From the NCBI RefSeq assembly GCF_963853765.1, contig NC_088855.1:14818001-14882000 (forward strand): DNA of 64,000 nt. The letters run 5' to 3'. The notes below the pieces were generated by a model. It saw only the letters and a program-made list of their open reading frames with translations. It searched no databases and had not been told where the DNA came from. The DNA comes from Magallana gigas. Taxonomy: Eukaryota. Shown here in pieces: positions 62,087 through 64,000 of the stretch. A program made the translations under genes and the position numbers. Each line of letters opens with the position of its first letter. The first letter of the stretch is position 1.

Positions 62087-62784
62087 TTACTCTGTATAGT
62101 TTTCAAACGGAAGGCGACATTTTTCGTATATATATTTATCCTTGAAGTCTGCTTGGAGCTTCATTAGAACTAATTTCTTAGTTATTGACAATTCACTGTC
62201 TGATTTACACATCTTCCTCGTTCCACGTGATTTTGTGACGTCATTGGTGACCTCGTTCTGATTAGGCTGATCTAATTTATCAGCTGCATACAATGGATTG
62301 GTTGTGAGATTCGCCGATGGATCTTTGTCTTCTTTTTCTTTACTACTCTCTGTTAAACCATCGTGGTCATCCAAAAGTGTTAGGTACAAAGGGGTAATAA
62401 GGCTCTCTAGATCTCTGATCTTTTTCCTGTCAACAGATATAAAAACCAAACTTCTTATAGACAAAACGACGTATTAAAGTAATACTTACGTATTACTGTG
62501 CAATCTTTAAAGCAATTAAGGGTTAGTTTTAAAAAAGTTAAAGAATGTTAATGAAATGAAATGTGCATATACTGGTTGGCTTTTATTTCAACAAGAACAT
62601 GCAAAAACACCTACTACTATTTAAAACATTTGACGGAATATATTTGTAAAATGTATGCGTGTCTTATTTCTGTGAAACATCGTTATTTTCAAATTTTCCA
62701 AAAAAGTCTAGCATTTTATATAACGCAGAATATAATAGTCTTAACGCCAAAAAGAAATCGAACACTCGTCCTCCTATACCTATA

Positions 62785-62874
<90 letters not shown>

Positions 62875-63572
62875 AATACATCAGTGTGGTCAGTCCGGTA
62901 GTAAGAGACCCGGCTATTTTATATTTATTGTTGACTCGATCTGTCACCTTTGTTCCCGGAATTATGAAATCAATATCGATTAAATGAACAGATACAGAAT
63001 ATTTTTGTAGAACTTCAAGGATGTAAATGTATTTTTGCAATGGAGTTTCCTGTGAAATTTTCTACATGGAACCAGCACGGAATTAAGTTTATCATACACG
63101 CCCTTGGGAATTTATTATCACAGTTGTGTATCATATGATTCTATCAAAACAACTGTCATGTGACAAATCGACGTGGGCACGATATGGAGCCTCCTCTATC
63201 CAAGGACATCGACGAAATATAGATTTTTTAAGTCCTTCAGCATGCTTATGTTACAACAAGAGTTAAAACATCAACTTGATCCAATTCCTGTAACAACTAA
63301 AACCGTTATAAAAATCTTGAAAATTGATGAATCTATTTTTGTGTTTCACATGCTAATCCGTCTCAAGGAAACTACACACTGACACCACAAACTGGCAAAA
63401 CTGATGCATATGATAGAATTAGTATAAATGTATACCTTGTACTTGGTTCTAAATAACCGTAGGGGGTGGTGGCTACTTACCGCGCCAATCGGACTAACCA
63501 AAGGAGAGAGCCAATGATAAACACACACAGGACGGCCATAGCTCCCACCGACACTTTCAACACCATGATGTC
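62087..63572 (-). CDS. 3' end (last two exons) of a type I single-pass membrane protein with NPxY/YxxL tail; possibly CED-1/MEGF10-like; 5' part outside window
   Basis: Exon 63481-63572 (aacaacag|DIMVLKVSVGAMAVLCVFIIGSLLWLVRLA(R)|gtaagt) encodes a ~21-aa hydrophobic helix. It joins in phase 2 to terminal exon 62087-62426 (gttgacag|KKIRDLESLITPLYLTLL...TNPLYAA...YIYEKCRLPFENYTE*). Family assignment is inference only. Confidence 0.7.
62789..62871. repeat. (GA)n microsatellite in the last intron of the membrane-protein gene
   Basis: About 41 units. Confidence 0.98.
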
Positions 63573-63643
63573 CTGTTGTTGATTTAAAATCAGAATACTT
63601 AGAATACTTAGAATAATATCGCCATCATTTAGTTCTTGATTTC

Positions 63644-63856
63644 TTCAGTATACAGGATTATTTTTGCTCCGTGTATTTTTCGCCCTTCTACACTTGCAAA
63701 CAGTTTCGTCCCATCTTGAATTCGCCCAAACAGAATTGTGTTTTTACAGATAAAATTTGAGTCATCCGAATTCGCTCAGTCTTAAATTTGCCTGCTTACA
63801 ACGAGGGCGAAAGGGGCGAAAATAAAACGAAGGCGAATATTTCCCTGTTTATGGTA
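63644..63856. mobile_element. Degenerate TA-flanked MITE with TTCGCCC/GGGCGAA internal motifs
   Basis: TATACAGGATTATTTT..TTTCGCCCTT at left; GGGCGAAAATAAAACGAAGGCGAATATTTCCCTGTTTATGGTA at right. Confidence 0.5.
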
Positions 63857-64000
63857 TCTTTCAACAAGCACAGATATGCTGATTAACATGTACATTGTAC
63901 TGTTTTACTGTAAAAATCCTTATCTCAAGTACAAAACATGAGGAAAATTTGGTTCTCTAGGTGTAATCAAAATTAACACAATGAAAACTCTAATCTTCCT

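Noticed and set aside
63173-63300. Possible extra exon between the two receptor exons
   Set aside because: All three frames after the candidate acceptor hit stops; the flanking exons already join in phase.

Overview
Eukaryotic, AT-rich, intron-containing DNA, most likely a bivalve (oyster-like). The species is inferred from the repeat content and TACATGTA-rich introns, not proven. I reconstructed three protein-coding genes by hand, all on the minus strand: (1) a complete 6-exon Tbx2/3 (optomotor-blind-like) T-box gene, 22145-28343, 635 aa; (2) a complete 22-exon BCAS3 gene, 44323-58703, 891 aa, with one GC-AG intron; (3) the last two exons of a single-pass membrane receptor with NPLY and YxxL motifs, 62087-63572, 5' end outside the window. 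Tbx2/3 is flanked by about 22 kb and 16 kb of gene-free DNA studded with CpG-rich islets. Main points of interest: the BCAS3->Tbx2/3 head-to-tail arrangement matches human BCAS3->TBX2; a CpG switch inside the last BCAS3 intron suggests the Tbx2/3 regulatory domain extends into BCAS3; a 7 x 23-bp array duplicates a BCAS3 splice donor; and a miR-92 site overlaps a Tbx2/3 poly(A) hexamer. Several MITE/Helentron-type elements and microsatellites are also present. No rRNA, tRNA or CRISPR array is supported. All counts were made by eye.
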